Numbered from the stretch's first letter, positions 29,941 through 39,205 are shown. The stretch: 64,000 nucleotides of DNA from Rickettsiales bacterium (GCA_036770365.1 DAIPJH010000006.1:64904-128903), one strand, 5' to 3'. Translations and numbers: made by a program. Notes: generated by a model from the sequence alone, not told the origin.

Positions 29941-30882
29941 ATGCAGCGTTCTTTCAAACATACCATGTTCACACTTCTCGCCTCAGTCGCCATGATTGGG
30001 CTTACCAGTGCAGCACACGCGGAAGCGAATAGCCTTGCCATTGAGCAGGTTGGTAACAACAACCAAGCAGCAGTCACCCAAGAAGGCTCAAACAATAACA
30101 CCAACGTCAACCAACAAGGTGACGGCAACGCATATTCTGCGACAATTACTGGTGATGGCAACCAATCCACTGTGGCACAAGGTGGTTCAGCCAACAGCAT
30201 TACGTCCACGGTCACGGGTACTGGCAACGCTAGCAATATTACACAAAGTGGTGACAATAATACGGTCACCAGCGACGTAAGTGGTGATGGCAATAATTTG
30301 AACGTACAGCAATCAGGAGACCATAACGTTCTCTCATCAACACAAACAGGCACTGGTAACGATATCTTCACGGTTCAAGCAGGATCAGGAAGTGCTATCT
30401 CTGCAAACCAATCAGGCAACGGCAACCACATCACCGCCACCCAAGCGAATGGTGAAGGTAATAATCTCAATGCCCTACAAACAGGTGACAACAACACCCT
30501 TACATCAGGACAGTTTGGGAATGCCAACGATATCTTTACAGTTCAAGCAGGGACAGGAAATAACATTTCTTCCAATCAAACGGGTGACAATAACCATGTA
30601 ACTGCTGCACAAAATGGCAATGGAAACTATGCCGAGTTCAAGCAAGAAGGCAGTAACAACGAAGCAAGCATTACTCAAACCGACGACAATAATAATGGAT
30701 TAATCCTCCAAACTGGCAATAGCAATATTGGCAAAATCGATCAAAGTGGTGGCTTTAATCGAGCGACGATCGCTCAACAAGGCGACAGTAACAATGCGAC
30801 CATCCAACAAACCACAGCAAACAATGTTGCAAGCATTTCACAAAATGGTAGCGGCAACGTAGCAACCGCTGTACAACATTAA
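29941..30882 (+). CDS. Curlin-family amyloid subunit (long, CsgA-like)
   Basis: Signal peptide (..AAHA), then many QxGxxN repeats; 313 aa. Confidence 0.87.
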   Translation: MQRSFKHTMFTLLASVAMIGLTSAAHAEANSLAIEQVGNNNQAAVTQEGSNNNTNVNQQGDGNAYSATITGDGNQSTVAQGGSANSITSTVTGTGNASNITQSGDNNTVTSDVSGDGNNLNVQQSGDHNVLSSTQTGTGNDIFTVQAGSGSAISANQSGNGNHITATQANGEGNNLNALQTGDNNTLTSGQFGNANDIFTVQAGTGNNISSNQTGDNNHVTAAQNGNGNYAEFKQEGSNNEASITQTDDNNNGLILQTGNSNIGKIDQSGGFNRATIAQQGDSNNATIQQTTANNVASISQNGSGNVATAVQH

Positions 30883-30902
30883 CATTTCTTCCCTACCACG
30901 AG

Positions 30903-30930
30903 AAAAGGAGGCTTTATGCCTCCTTTTTTG
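30903..30930 (+). terminator. Rho-independent terminator (copy 2, identical to copy 1; probably bidirectional)
   Basis: AAAAGGAGGCTTTATGCCTCCTTTTTTG. Confidence 0.85.
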
Positions 30931-30955
30931 TGTCTAATTATCGACAACAAAAACA

Positions 30956-31885
30956 TTATGAAACCAAAGTACTATAGAGGTGCATGACGTTCTTATGCAA
31001 AAACCTACGAATTTGCATTTGCGGCTCTAACATTTCAATGATAGTGCCGAGTAACGGTGGATAGGCCTGCGTATGTGAGTTTAAAATTTGTTGCAATACA
31101 TCTTGCAGCATATCATGCGGGTATACTCTCAAACTCTGCATAAAATCCTCCATCAGGGCAGCTTTCTGATCTTTGTTGACTGCGGGATAACGCCTAAATA
31201 TATGCTGCACTATGCCGCATATTGCCTCTGATGTGATCGGTATAATCAACAACGCCGCTTCCCTTACCCCCGCTTCCACACGCCCTTTATGGCGCACATC
31301 TATTCTTTTCTGTGTACCACGAGTAGTAAAATACTTAAAATCAGTGAGATAAGGCGTAAGATAGGACAAATTAGGGCATGGCAAGGTTACCCGCTCACAT
31401 ACCCCATAATTACTTGATCCATAATTACTTGATATTGTTTTTAAAGAAAGAGTTGGATCTGGTTTATTGGATAATGGTTTATTGGATAATGGTTTATTGG
31501 ATGGTTGCAATGCGGCTGAAACGGTTTCACTATTTTTTAGGAGCTTAACCTCTCCCCGTATCTCTGCACTACGTTTTCCCTTCTCTCGCTGGCGTTCAAT
31601 TTTTTGCGCAACATCTTCCCATGTTTTATCTAACCTTTTTTGCCTCAAAACCCCATCTTTCACATGAAAAAAAGGCATGATTGAGCTACGGTTTCGCTTC
31701 CAACGCGCAAGGGGCAAACGCACGATTTTAGCAATTTCAACATCATCATCACGTACACCAATTCCATTATTGCGCCATATGTAAAGCAACAACAATAAAT
31801 AAATGCCATGCTGCTCAGTAGTTAAATGATGGGTATCACCCAGATATGCGTCGGTATAAAACGGCATGATTGGGGCTTGTGCCAT
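30956..31885 (-). CDS. DUF1376 (YdaU-like) phage-type replication initiator
   Basis: N-terminal MPFYTDAYLGDTHHLTTEQHGIYLLLL..LRQKRLDK..EKGKRSA; repetitive linker; C-terminal L..YP.D.L..V......AYPP..IIE segment. Confidence 0.75.
   Translation of the reverse strand: MAQAPIMPFYTDAYLGDTHHLTTEQHGIYLLLLLYIWRNNGIGVRDDDVEIAKIVRLPLARWKRNRSSIMPFFHVKDGVLRQKRLDKTWEDVAQKIERQREKGKRSAEIRGEVKLLKNSETVSAALQPSNKPLSNKPLSNKPDPTLSLKTISSNYGSSNYGVCERVTLPCPNLSYLTPYLTDFKYFTTRGTQKRIDVRHKGRVEAGVREAALLIIPITSEAICGIVQHIFRRYPAVNKDQKAALMEDFMQSLRVYPHDMLQDVLQQILNSHTQAYPPLLGTIIEMLEPQMQIRRFLHKNVMHLYSTLVS
31404..31433. repeat. 2 x 15-bp tandem repeat
   Basis: CCATAATTACTTGAT x2, inside the DUF1376 gene. Confidence 0.9.
31461..31502. 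repeat. About 2.8 x 15-bp tandem repeat
   Basis: GGTTTATTGGATAAT x2 plus GGTTTATTGGAT, inside the DUF1376 gene. Confidence 0.9.
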
Positions 31886-32046
31886 GAAATATCACTCCTT
31901 TTGTGTGACAAGTTAAGCAACAATCAAAACCTTACAGCCAGATTACAGGAAGAGGAAATCTGATAAATTGCTAAAGTCATTGCCAAGCATGGCGCGGAGC
32001 TGTAACGTTATAGCGATATCTATCTGAACCATTGACCCTGCACACT

Positions 32047-32403
32047 ATGACCTCACACACACCCTCATCTCCCCTCACTGAGTCAGAGTTCCGCGAGCGT
32101 GCAGATGCAACGCTGGAATATCTGTTTGAGAAGCTTGACGAAGAAGATATGGGCGGCGTTTTGGATCTAGATTTGCAAGAAGGTGTATTGTCTATTGCAA
32201 CCAACACAGGTCACGCTTTTGTGGTCAGCCGCCACGTCCCTAGCAAAGAAATATGGCTTTCTTCTCCACTCACAGGCGGGCTACATTTTGCTTACCCCTA
32301 CAAACAAGATGACTGGTGGCTGCGTGATGGCCGCACCCTCACCGTGGTACTTTCCGAAGAAATTAGTCAAACGACAGGCTGTGAATTCACGCTCGGCACA
32401 TAA
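32047..32403 (+). CDS. cyaY: Frataxin-like iron donor protein CyaY
   Basis: LDLQEGVLSI..FVVSRHVPSKEIWLSSPLTGGLHF..W..DG. Confidence 0.9.
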   Translation: MTSHTPSSPLTESEFRERADATLEYLFEKLDEEDMGGVLDLDLQEGVLSIATNTGHAFVVSRHVPSKEIWLSSPLTGGLHFAYPYKQDDWWLRDGRTLTVVLSEEISQTTGCEFTLGT

Positions 32404-33215
32404 AATGGTGCAAGTTCGTACATAGGCAAACTGGCGTCGCCATAAATAGGATCAGGCGGCGTAAGATGATGCGTTATACCATATGCAATACCTTGTAATA
32501 CCGCCGCGATCACATGTTCGATGTTGGCGTCTGCCCCTGCTACGCGATGCTCGATACGTCGCGCAGTGCTACGCGGTGACCCAGCAAGATGTTCCTTACC
32601 CTGAAGCAATCCTAACCCATCAGGGATACGTAATGCGGTGGTGCGGTTATTATAACCCCAACTAACAGTCACAGGAGCATGAAATCCTGACACTACCCGC
32701 CGCCATGATGCCTCTGATGGCATGAACACGTGAAGATAATCAGGCATCGTCACTAACAATCCCGCCAAGCTCTGCTGAAGCGGCGCACTCAGAACCCCTT
32801 CTTGTTTGATGTAAAGTAGATTACCACCATCGCCTTCGAGGTGGACATGGATATGAATTCCACTGCCATAATCTTGTGCAAATGGTTTGGCTGAGAAATC
32901 TGCCATGAAACCCATCTGTGAAGCGATATCCTGAGCAACGCCGCGGAGCGCACGTGCCTGCGCGACCAATATTTCAAGATCATTCGTTGGAAAAAGTGCA
33001 GCTTCAACCTGCCCCAAACCAGATTCTTCATTGACCGAATGAAGCAACAACCCAGCCTGCTGAATTCGCTCGAGATAGACCGCACGTGTAGCATTATCTG
33101 CAGGCATAGCATCATCAAGACGACGTAGATACCATTCCCACTCCAACGCAACACACGCCACCACGCCACAGCTTTGCTGTAACGCCAGCGACGCGTTATG
33201 CGCACTCAACAACAT
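32367..33215 (-). CDS. Glutamine synthetase-like catalytic domain only
   Basis: LEWEWY, EESGLGQVE, KPF..GSGIHIHVHL, SWGYNNRTTALRIP and RIEHRVAGADAN; no N-terminal beta-grasp domain. Confidence 0.8.
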   Translation of the reverse strand: MLLSAHNASLALQQSCGVVACVALEWEWYLRRLDDAMPADNATRAVYLERIQQAGLLLHSVNEESGLGQVEAALFPTNDLEILVAQARALRGVAQDIASQMGFMADFSAKPFAQDYGSGIHIHVHLEGDGGNLLYIKQEGVLSAPLQQSLAGLLVTMPDYLHVFMPSEASWRRVVSGFHAPVTVSWGYNNRTTALRIPDGLGLLQGKEHLAGSPRSTARRIEHRVAGADANIEHVIAAVLQGIAYGITHHLTPPDPIYGDASLPMYELAPFYVPSVNSQPVV

Positions 33216-33216
33216 A

Positions 33217-33540
33217 CTAAGCTACTTGAGACTCAATCCACTCTTTAAGCTGCCCCTTAGGGAGCGCACCAGCTTTAGTGGCGATCGGCTTACCATCCTT
33301 AAACAAGATCATGGTCGGGATCGCACGTACATTATATCTAGTTGGTGCTTCAGGATTTTGATCAATATTCATTTTTGCAATCGTCACTTTGCCTGCAAGC
33401 TCACCCGCAAGTTCATCCAAAATAGGCGAAAGCTGACGGCACGGCCCACACCACTCTGCCCAAAAATCGACCAACACTGCCCCTGATGCACCCAACACTT
33501 GCGCCTCAAAATTATCATCCGTTACATGCGTCGAAACCAT
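33217..33540 (-). CDS. trxA: Thioredoxin
   Basis: [11 protein letters not shown]; RBS GGAG before ATG 33540. Confidence 0.96.
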   Translation of the reverse strand: MVSTHVTDDNFEAQVLGASGAVLVDFWAEWCGPCRQLSPILDELAGELAGKVTIAKMNIDQNPEAPTRYNVRAIPTMILFKDGKPIATKAGALPKGQLKEWIESQVA

Positions 33541-33689
33541 GTGTATCTCCCTTATTTTCAACGTTCAACTTCACCATAGATAGATAAGCCATCTCCACAA
33601 ATAGTCAAGCGGTAGCTGTATTTTTGTACGTCGCCGCAAACGGAAAATTAACTAATTTTAAGTATATTAAAGTATGATTTGCATCATAT

Positions 33690-33722
33690 TGTCATAAAAC
33701 TGTCATCGTGATACTTTAACAT
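33690..33722 (+). promoter_or_regulatory. Pho-box-like promoter
   Basis: TGTCAT-AAAAC-TGTCAT (33690-33706), 10 nt, then TAACAT (33717-33722). Confidence 0.7.
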
Positions 33723-33746
33723 GACTACTGGGTAATATTGTAAGGA

Positions 33747-34217
33747 TTGGGTTGTATGGTCGCTCCATTTGCAACGAAGACTGCCAAAACAGCGGCGGAA
33801 TTGGAAGAAGAAAAGTGCAAAAGCGTTGGCTTTGGCGCAAGCGAAGAAGATTTGGCGCGTGACGCCGCAGCTATTGAAGCAAAGCGCGCAGCAGAGGCAG
33901 CCGCCGCCGCAGAGAGGGCTAGAATCGAAAAAGAACAAAATCCTTCCTACGTACCACCTGCACTCGATATACTCGCAAACATCAGCTTTGATGCTCCCGC
34001 GACCTTTACAATGCCTGCGCCAATGTCACCACCGCAAAGCACCATGCTCGCCATGGATGAACTTGCCGCACAGGCACGCCTAAGATTCAATGAAGCGATC
34101 GACGCGAGTGCTGCGACGCCCGAAGCCAAAGCAACCGCAAAAGATGCGCTCGCATCAAAACCTGACGCCCTCATATTAGAGACCTATCACTACGCCATGA
34201 AGGACATTGCTGTATGA
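33747..34217 (+). CDS. Hypothetical Ala-rich protein
   Basis: 156-aa ORF; stop overlaps the next start. Confidence 0.6.
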   Translation: MGCMVAPFATKTAKTAAELEEEKCKSVGFGASEEDLARDAAAIEAKRAAEAAAAAERARIEKEQNPSYVPPALDILANISFDAPATFTMPAPMSPPQSTMLAMDELAAQARLRFNEAIDASAATPEAKATAKDALASKPDALILETYHYAMKDIAV

Positions 34218-35305
34218 CAACGGAAACAGAAAATAAAGCATTGTTAAATGCGCTAGATGAAAAAATGCCTGATGTTGGCGCACCACTTGCCGCGTCAGCA
34301 GCAAGTAATCAACCAAGCCAAGCAACAGCCCCAGCTGCACCAGAGACTGTCACCTCCGCAGCACCACAATATGCACCTTCTTCTGTCAATTTAGACGAAA
34401 TGAATTATGATGTGCCTGCCAAAGCAGCATCGCCTACTCTTGCACAAGCCAACCCTCAAGATGTTGACTTTGATAAACCTTATACTGCTGCCGATAAAAC
34501 CAGAGATCAAGCAGCGACCATTCGCAAAGAACTGGATGGCACGATCGAGCAAGCACTCAAAGACCCTAATCTTACACAAGAACAAAAAGATAAATTGCGT
34601 GATATCCAGCAAAATGTCGGAAGAATGAACGACGCTGAGCTGGTAACCAAATATGAAGCCGCACAAAAACAAGCGGAACAAACAGCGCAAGGACAAGGTC
34701 AAAGCCAAGGTCAAGAAGGTCCAAAAGACAAAACGCGTGATGTTCTCTCTGCTGCTGCCGCGATGTTCCCAGAATTGGCAATTGCCATTGCCATTTATGA
34801 TATGTTCGCAGATGAACAGAAAAAAAATGTTGCCGCTGTCACTCCTGCTGCGGGAGAAAAAACCGCGGAAGCAGATAAAGTCACTCCCGCTGCTGGCGAA
34901 ACACCCACAGCCCCTCCCCCAGAAAAGAAACTTAAGGTCGATGGTGAAGAATCAAATAAACCCATAGCAACAGCGCAAGCACACGCGACGACTACACCAC
35001 CTACCGCTGCAACGAACACTGGTCAAGACCGCGTTACAGAAGGTGAAAACTATGATCATGAAGGACGCAATCACCCTGCAAAACAACCCAAGCAATCCGA
35101 ACCTGTGATTTTACGCACCGCAGATCATACCTCAACCAAAGGACTTCCTCCCTATGAGGCTGATGCTGCAAAGCAAGAAGGTAACGAGATGGCGAATAAA
35201 GGTGTGAGCATGGACAAAAATGCACCGCAAAACCTCACCATGGACGATGTTCGCGCACCAACATTTGCGGGCGTTGGAAAAACAGAAGAACGTGGCGTTG
35301 CCTAA
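34214..35305 (+). CDS. Hypothetical low-complexity (Ala/Thr/Pro/Gln/Glu) protein
   Basis: 363 aa; VTPAAGE repeated twice; a single hydrophobic stretch AAAAMFPELAIAIAIY. Confidence 0.75.
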   Translation: MTTETENKALLNALDEKMPDVGAPLAASAASNQPSQATAPAAPETVTSAAPQYAPSSVNLDEMNYDVPAKAASPTLAQANPQDVDFDKPYTAADKTRDQAATIRKELDGTIEQALKDPNLTQEQKDKLRDIQQNVGRMNDAELVTKYEAAQKQAEQTAQGQGQSQGQEGPKDKTRDVLSAAAAMFPELAIAIAIYDMFADEQKKNVAAVTPAAGEKTAEADKVTPAAGETPTAPPPEKKLKVDGEESNKPIATAQAHATTTPPTAATNTGQDRVTEGENYDHEGRNHPAKQPKQSEPVILRTADHTSTKGLPPYEADAAKQEGNEMANKGVSMDKNAPQNLTMDDVRAPTFAGVGKTEERGVA

Positions 35306-36684
35306 TTTTTTACTTGTTTTCTGGCTTTCCATACGACAATCAAGAACAGAACTCCGCCGATGATGGCGAGCAGTCCACCGAGTCCCATGATTCCCATAAA
35401 GACTTTTGCGCCCATCTCTCCACCAGGGACTTCTCCAGGGGTTTTACGTAGCACCTCATAGCCGCCTGAAAAAAACAATCCTGAGATGTGGAGCAACTGC
35501 CCAAAACCATAAAGCATCGGCTGCCATATGGCGAGCTTCCAACGACTCACATCAGCGTAACCTAATGTCGGTAACAACACAAACATCACCCCCATAAAGG
35601 CAAGCGAAACACCAATGATAGAGCCGTGATAATGTGCAGGGATGCGAACATTCGGCCCATCAATCAACATCCCAAAAACACCCCCCACACCAAACAACAA
35701 GATCGACATCATCAGCGCACTAACCAAAGCGGGACGCTCTGCCCATAACTTTTTAACGCAGGAAAGAATCGCCCACAGCGTCCACGGCGCAAGCAGCATC
35801 GCCGCTGTACCACCCGCATGGATCATATGCTTGGTGAAAAAATCAGTAAACTCATAATCATATATTTTATACTGCATAAATGCCATCGGCGTTCCGAGTA
35901 CTGCCAACAACCCTACCATCATAAGCATCACTAATAAGACTGGTTTTGTTTTTGGTAATGTAACACCACACGCAGACAGCAACACAAGCCACGAGACCAA
36001 CATTAATTCTGTATGCGTAAATTGGACAATATGCCCACCTGCCCAAAACAGATGTTCAAAATAAACCTGACCTATAATACCTTCTCCCTGTAGCAACACA
36101 TACGACGCCACCAAAGCAATACACGCAACCACATAGATGAACGCAGAGATAAACACACCGAGCGACCATATACCCGCGGATGTACGTAACCACTCCCTAG
36201 TGATAGTTGGGACGCTACGGATCACTGTCCACACAGCATGCACACATGATGACACCAGCAACAATCGAATGGCACTAATGAATAATGGGCTGTCTAATAC
36301 GGGAATATAATTATTCAAATAAGGCTGCGGCGCATGGGAAAATGGCGCATAGGCAAGTAGTAAAAGCCCTGCGACGAAGATATTTCGCAACAAATTCTCC
36401 AAAAACGGTACACGTTCTCCGCCCAGCATACTCCAAAACATATTGGCACAGCCAAAGAACCAGCCGACCACCAGCAAATCCACATGCACGATCAAGCTCG
36501 TGTGGAACACTTCTTTAAATGGCAATATACTGGTGATTTTTGGGGTACGTGCCAGCACAATAATAATCGAGTACACGCCCGACATTGCAAGTGCCAAGAT
36601 TGCAACCCACAACCAGCGACGCACAGCACCTAAGGTTAGCACATCTTGCTGTTCTGACGTTGCAGACTCTAGCCACATGACCAT
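35302..36684 (-). CDS. Divergent heme-copper oxidase subunit I-like membrane protein
   Basis: About 12 TM segments; IVHVDL, WAGGHIVQF, HMIH and PAHYHG histidine motifs. Confidence 0.65.
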   Translation of the reverse strand: MVMWLESATSEQQDVLTLGAVRRWLWVAILALAMSGVYSIIIVLARTPKITSILPFKEVFHTSLIVHVDLLVVGWFFGCANMFWSMLGGERVPFLENLLRNIFVAGLLLLAYAPFSHAPQPYLNNYIPVLDSPLFISAIRLLLVSSCVHAVWTVIRSVPTITREWLRTSAGIWSLGVFISAFIYVVACIALVASYVLLQGEGIIGQVYFEHLFWAGGHIVQFTHTELMLVSWLVLLSACGVTLPKTKPVLLVMLMMVGLLAVLGTPMAFMQYKIYDYEFTDFFTKHMIHAGGTAAMLLAPWTLWAILSCVKKLWAERPALVSALMMSILLFGVGGVFGMLIDGPNVRIPAHYHGSIIGVSLAFMGVMFVLLPTLGYADVSRWKLAIWQPMLYGFGQLLHISGLFFSGGYEVLRKTPGEVPGGEMGAKVFMGIMGLGGLLAIIGGVLFLIVVWKARKQVKN

Positions 36685-36799
36685 AACACCCCACTATTTT
36701 CATCAAGAATGATTGGATGCAGTTAGCACAGCATCAACGTTTAGCACAGCATTATTTAATTAGTATCATCAAATTCCACCAACTCCCACCGCAAATAAG

Positions 36800-36814
36800 T
36801 TAACAAATAATTAA
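36800..36814. promoter_or_regulatory. CtrA-type site
   Basis: G-TTAA-CAAATAA-TTAA in the divergent promoter region upstream of RTX gene 36886. Confidence 0.5.
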
Positions 36815-36885
36815 TATTATAATTGACAATACGATGAAAATTCATAATATCCCCCAGCAATGAACATAACATCACAGGTAATAAC

Positions 36886-38013
36886 ATGAGCAATTCTCGC
36901 GGCGATAGCAGTGCAAACACGTTAGACGGCAGCACTTCTGCTGATGAACTTTACGGTGATGGTGGCAACGATACATTAACGGGCTTTGCAGGTAGTGATA
37001 TTCTGGCTGGTGATACAGGCAACGACTCTGTATATGGTGGCGATGGCGATGATACGCTTGATGGCGGCGAAGACAATGACCTTGTCACTGGCGATAACGG
37101 TAATGATGATATTGACGGCGGCAAAGGCAACGATACCATCACGGGTGGCGCGGGTGCAGATACCATCGAAGGCAATACGGGCATTGACTCTATCAACGCA
37201 GGGGCAGACAATGATAGTGTGCTTGGTGGCGATGAAGCTGACACCATCTACGGTGGCGCAGGCGCAGACTGGTTAGAGGGTGGCGCAAGTACGGATAGTA
37301 TTTATGGCGGAACAGGTGCAGTTGATCCTTTTGATGGCGCAGACTATATCAAAGGCGGTGCAGGCAGTGACGCTATTTATGGTAATGGTGGCAATGATAC
37401 TATTTTAGGCGGCACAAACACTTTTGATCCTACAGATGGCAATGACACCATTTACGGTGGCGCAGGTACGGATGCCGTTTATGGCAACGGCGGTAGCGAT
37501 ATGCTTTTTGGTGGCGGCAGTAATGTTGACCCAAATGATGGCGCAGACACCGTCTATGGCGGCGCAGGTTCAGACACCGTCTATGGCAACGGTGGAAACG
37601 ATTCTCTCTATGGTGGCGGCGCAGTAGCAGACCCTAACGATTCCGCTGACATCATCATTGCAGGGGACGGCGATGACTTTGTCTTTGGTAACGGTGGCAA
37701 TGATAGCATCTACGGCAACACAGGCAATGATACCTTTACAGGTGGCAATGGCAATGATTATTTCTACCTCGCAGGTTATGACGGTACAGATCATATCACT
37801 ACATTTGAAAATGCGGGTATCGCGGCGGGCGACACCATCATGATTCTGAGCAATATCAACAACTCAGGCATTATATCTGCAAGTGATGTTCTTGGTCACA
37901 TCAGCTATACTGGCGGCGCAGCGACTATCAACCTTGGTGCATCTATACTCATCATTGATAGCATCACAACAAATAGCCTAACCGCAGACGATTTCAGTAT
38001 TTTTACTGCATAA
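36886..38013 (+). CDS. RTX-type calcium-binding repeat protein
   Basis: Dense GGxGxD repeats with recurring D(P)xDGADxIYG units; C-terminal LTADDFSIF tail. Confidence 0.9.
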   Translation: MSNSRGDSSANTLDGSTSADELYGDGGNDTLTGFAGSDILAGDTGNDSVYGGDGDDTLDGGEDNDLVTGDNGNDDIDGGKGNDTITGGAGADTIEGNTGIDSINAGADNDSVLGGDEADTIYGGAGADWLEGGASTDSIYGGTGAVDPFDGADYIKGGAGSDAIYGNGGNDTILGGTNTFDPTDGNDTIYGGAGTDAVYGNGGSDMLFGGGSNVDPNDGADTVYGGAGSDTVYGNGGNDSLYGGGAVADPNDSADIIIAGDGDDFVFGNGGNDSIYGNTGNDTFTGGNGNDYFYLAGYDGTDHITTFENAGIAAGDTIMILSNINNSGIISASDVLGHISYTGGAATINLGASILIIDSITTNSLTADDFSIFTA

Positions 38014-38033
38014 TTTTTATTTTTCTACAGACT

Positions 38034-38069
38034 AAAACCACGCTTACTCTGACGTAAGCGTGGTTTTTT
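38034..38069 (+). terminator. Rho-independent terminator
   Basis: AAAACCACGCTTAC-TCTGAC-GTAAGCGTGGTTTTTT. Confidence 0.88.
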
Positions 38070-38129
38070 GTGCGTCGCGCAAAAAATCGCACACATTACC
38101 CTTAATTTTATTAAATTGCCGGCAATAAA

Positions 38130-38144
38130 TTAACTATTTATTAA
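38130..38144. promoter_or_regulatory. CtrA-type site in long intergenic region
   Basis: TTAA-CTATTTA-TTAA. Confidence 0.35.
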
Positions 38145-38641
38145 TGATTGCCTTATTAAGATAGACCCCGTCAGCACGCATACAACATATGATATAGTCA
38201 TATAATCAGAAACGCATGGTTATTCCGATGTATATTCACACACGCCAAACACACACTGACTCGCCACCGTGCAACACAACCGATGAACAAGCTCATCATC
38301 CTTGGTTTTATCAGCGACAAAAGGGAATCACTTAGATTTACCAACACAACAAACAGTTACTTTAGTCATTTTTAGTGAATTCCCCCCTTCCAGAACCAGC
38401 AAAACTTCATCACAGTGTCACTATGTTGTCGTGCAACATAAACAACACACTCTGTTAAAATAAACCAGAAAAACAACTATAGATTTATTAAAAAGAAAAA
38501 TGCTATTTTTGCGTGTTTACTTTTTAAATATTTCACTTTATAGCTGTTTTAATGGAAACATCTTAAACCTTAGGATGTATCCATGCTTACACGTTTGTGT
38601 AAGTTCTCGCGCTACAAAATACATCAAAAAGGAGTAGTCCG

Positions 38642-39106
38642 ATGCAGCAAGCTTTTGTTTCCTCTATGCCGTCCAACCCACACTATGCGGGTAGTTCACC
38701 TACCACATTCTTGGGTTCACCTGTGACCGTCCAAAGCAATAATCCAGCCCATATAACCTCGAATGGAGATATTTACCCCGAAGATTCCTATAATCCTGTA
38801 CACCATGAACAATCTATGTGGCGTGCTGTAATCGTACAAGCTTTAATGGACGCATCAAGTTCCAGCCAAAAATCTGAAGCTTTAACATGGAAACGCGAAG
38901 CAGAAATCTGGCTGCGCGGTAATAGCCCTGATTTTCATACTGTATGTTTTTATGCAGACCTAGACCCAGATTTTGTCCGTGAGGTCGCGGCCAAATCCCT
39001 ACAAAAAGGTTGTGTTTGGCGTGCTGCACCAGGTACAGGCCCTATGAAAAAAGATCCACGTCGCACCGCCACACGTTCACCACGTCATTTCACACAACGG
39101 AGATAA
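38642..39106 (+). CDS. Hypothetical protein with a small helical domain
   Basis: RBS AGGAG; MWRAVIVQALMDA..EAEIWL..DFHTVCFYADLDPDFVRE. Confidence 0.7.
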   Translation: MQQAFVSSMPSNPHYAGSSPTTFLGSPVTVQSNNPAHITSNGDIYPEDSYNPVHHEQSMWRAVIVQALMDASSSSQKSEALTWKREAEIWLRGNSPDFHTVCFYADLDPDFVREVAAKSLQKGCVWRAAPGTGPMKKDPRRTATRSPRHFTQRR

Positions 39107-39205
39107 CTTTTATTGTACATACTACTCTCTATAAGATTCTCTGCAACATGACGTCTGATAGGAAACCTATTGCCAAAGCCCCACTTTCTCTTCTAATAAC
39201 AAAAC

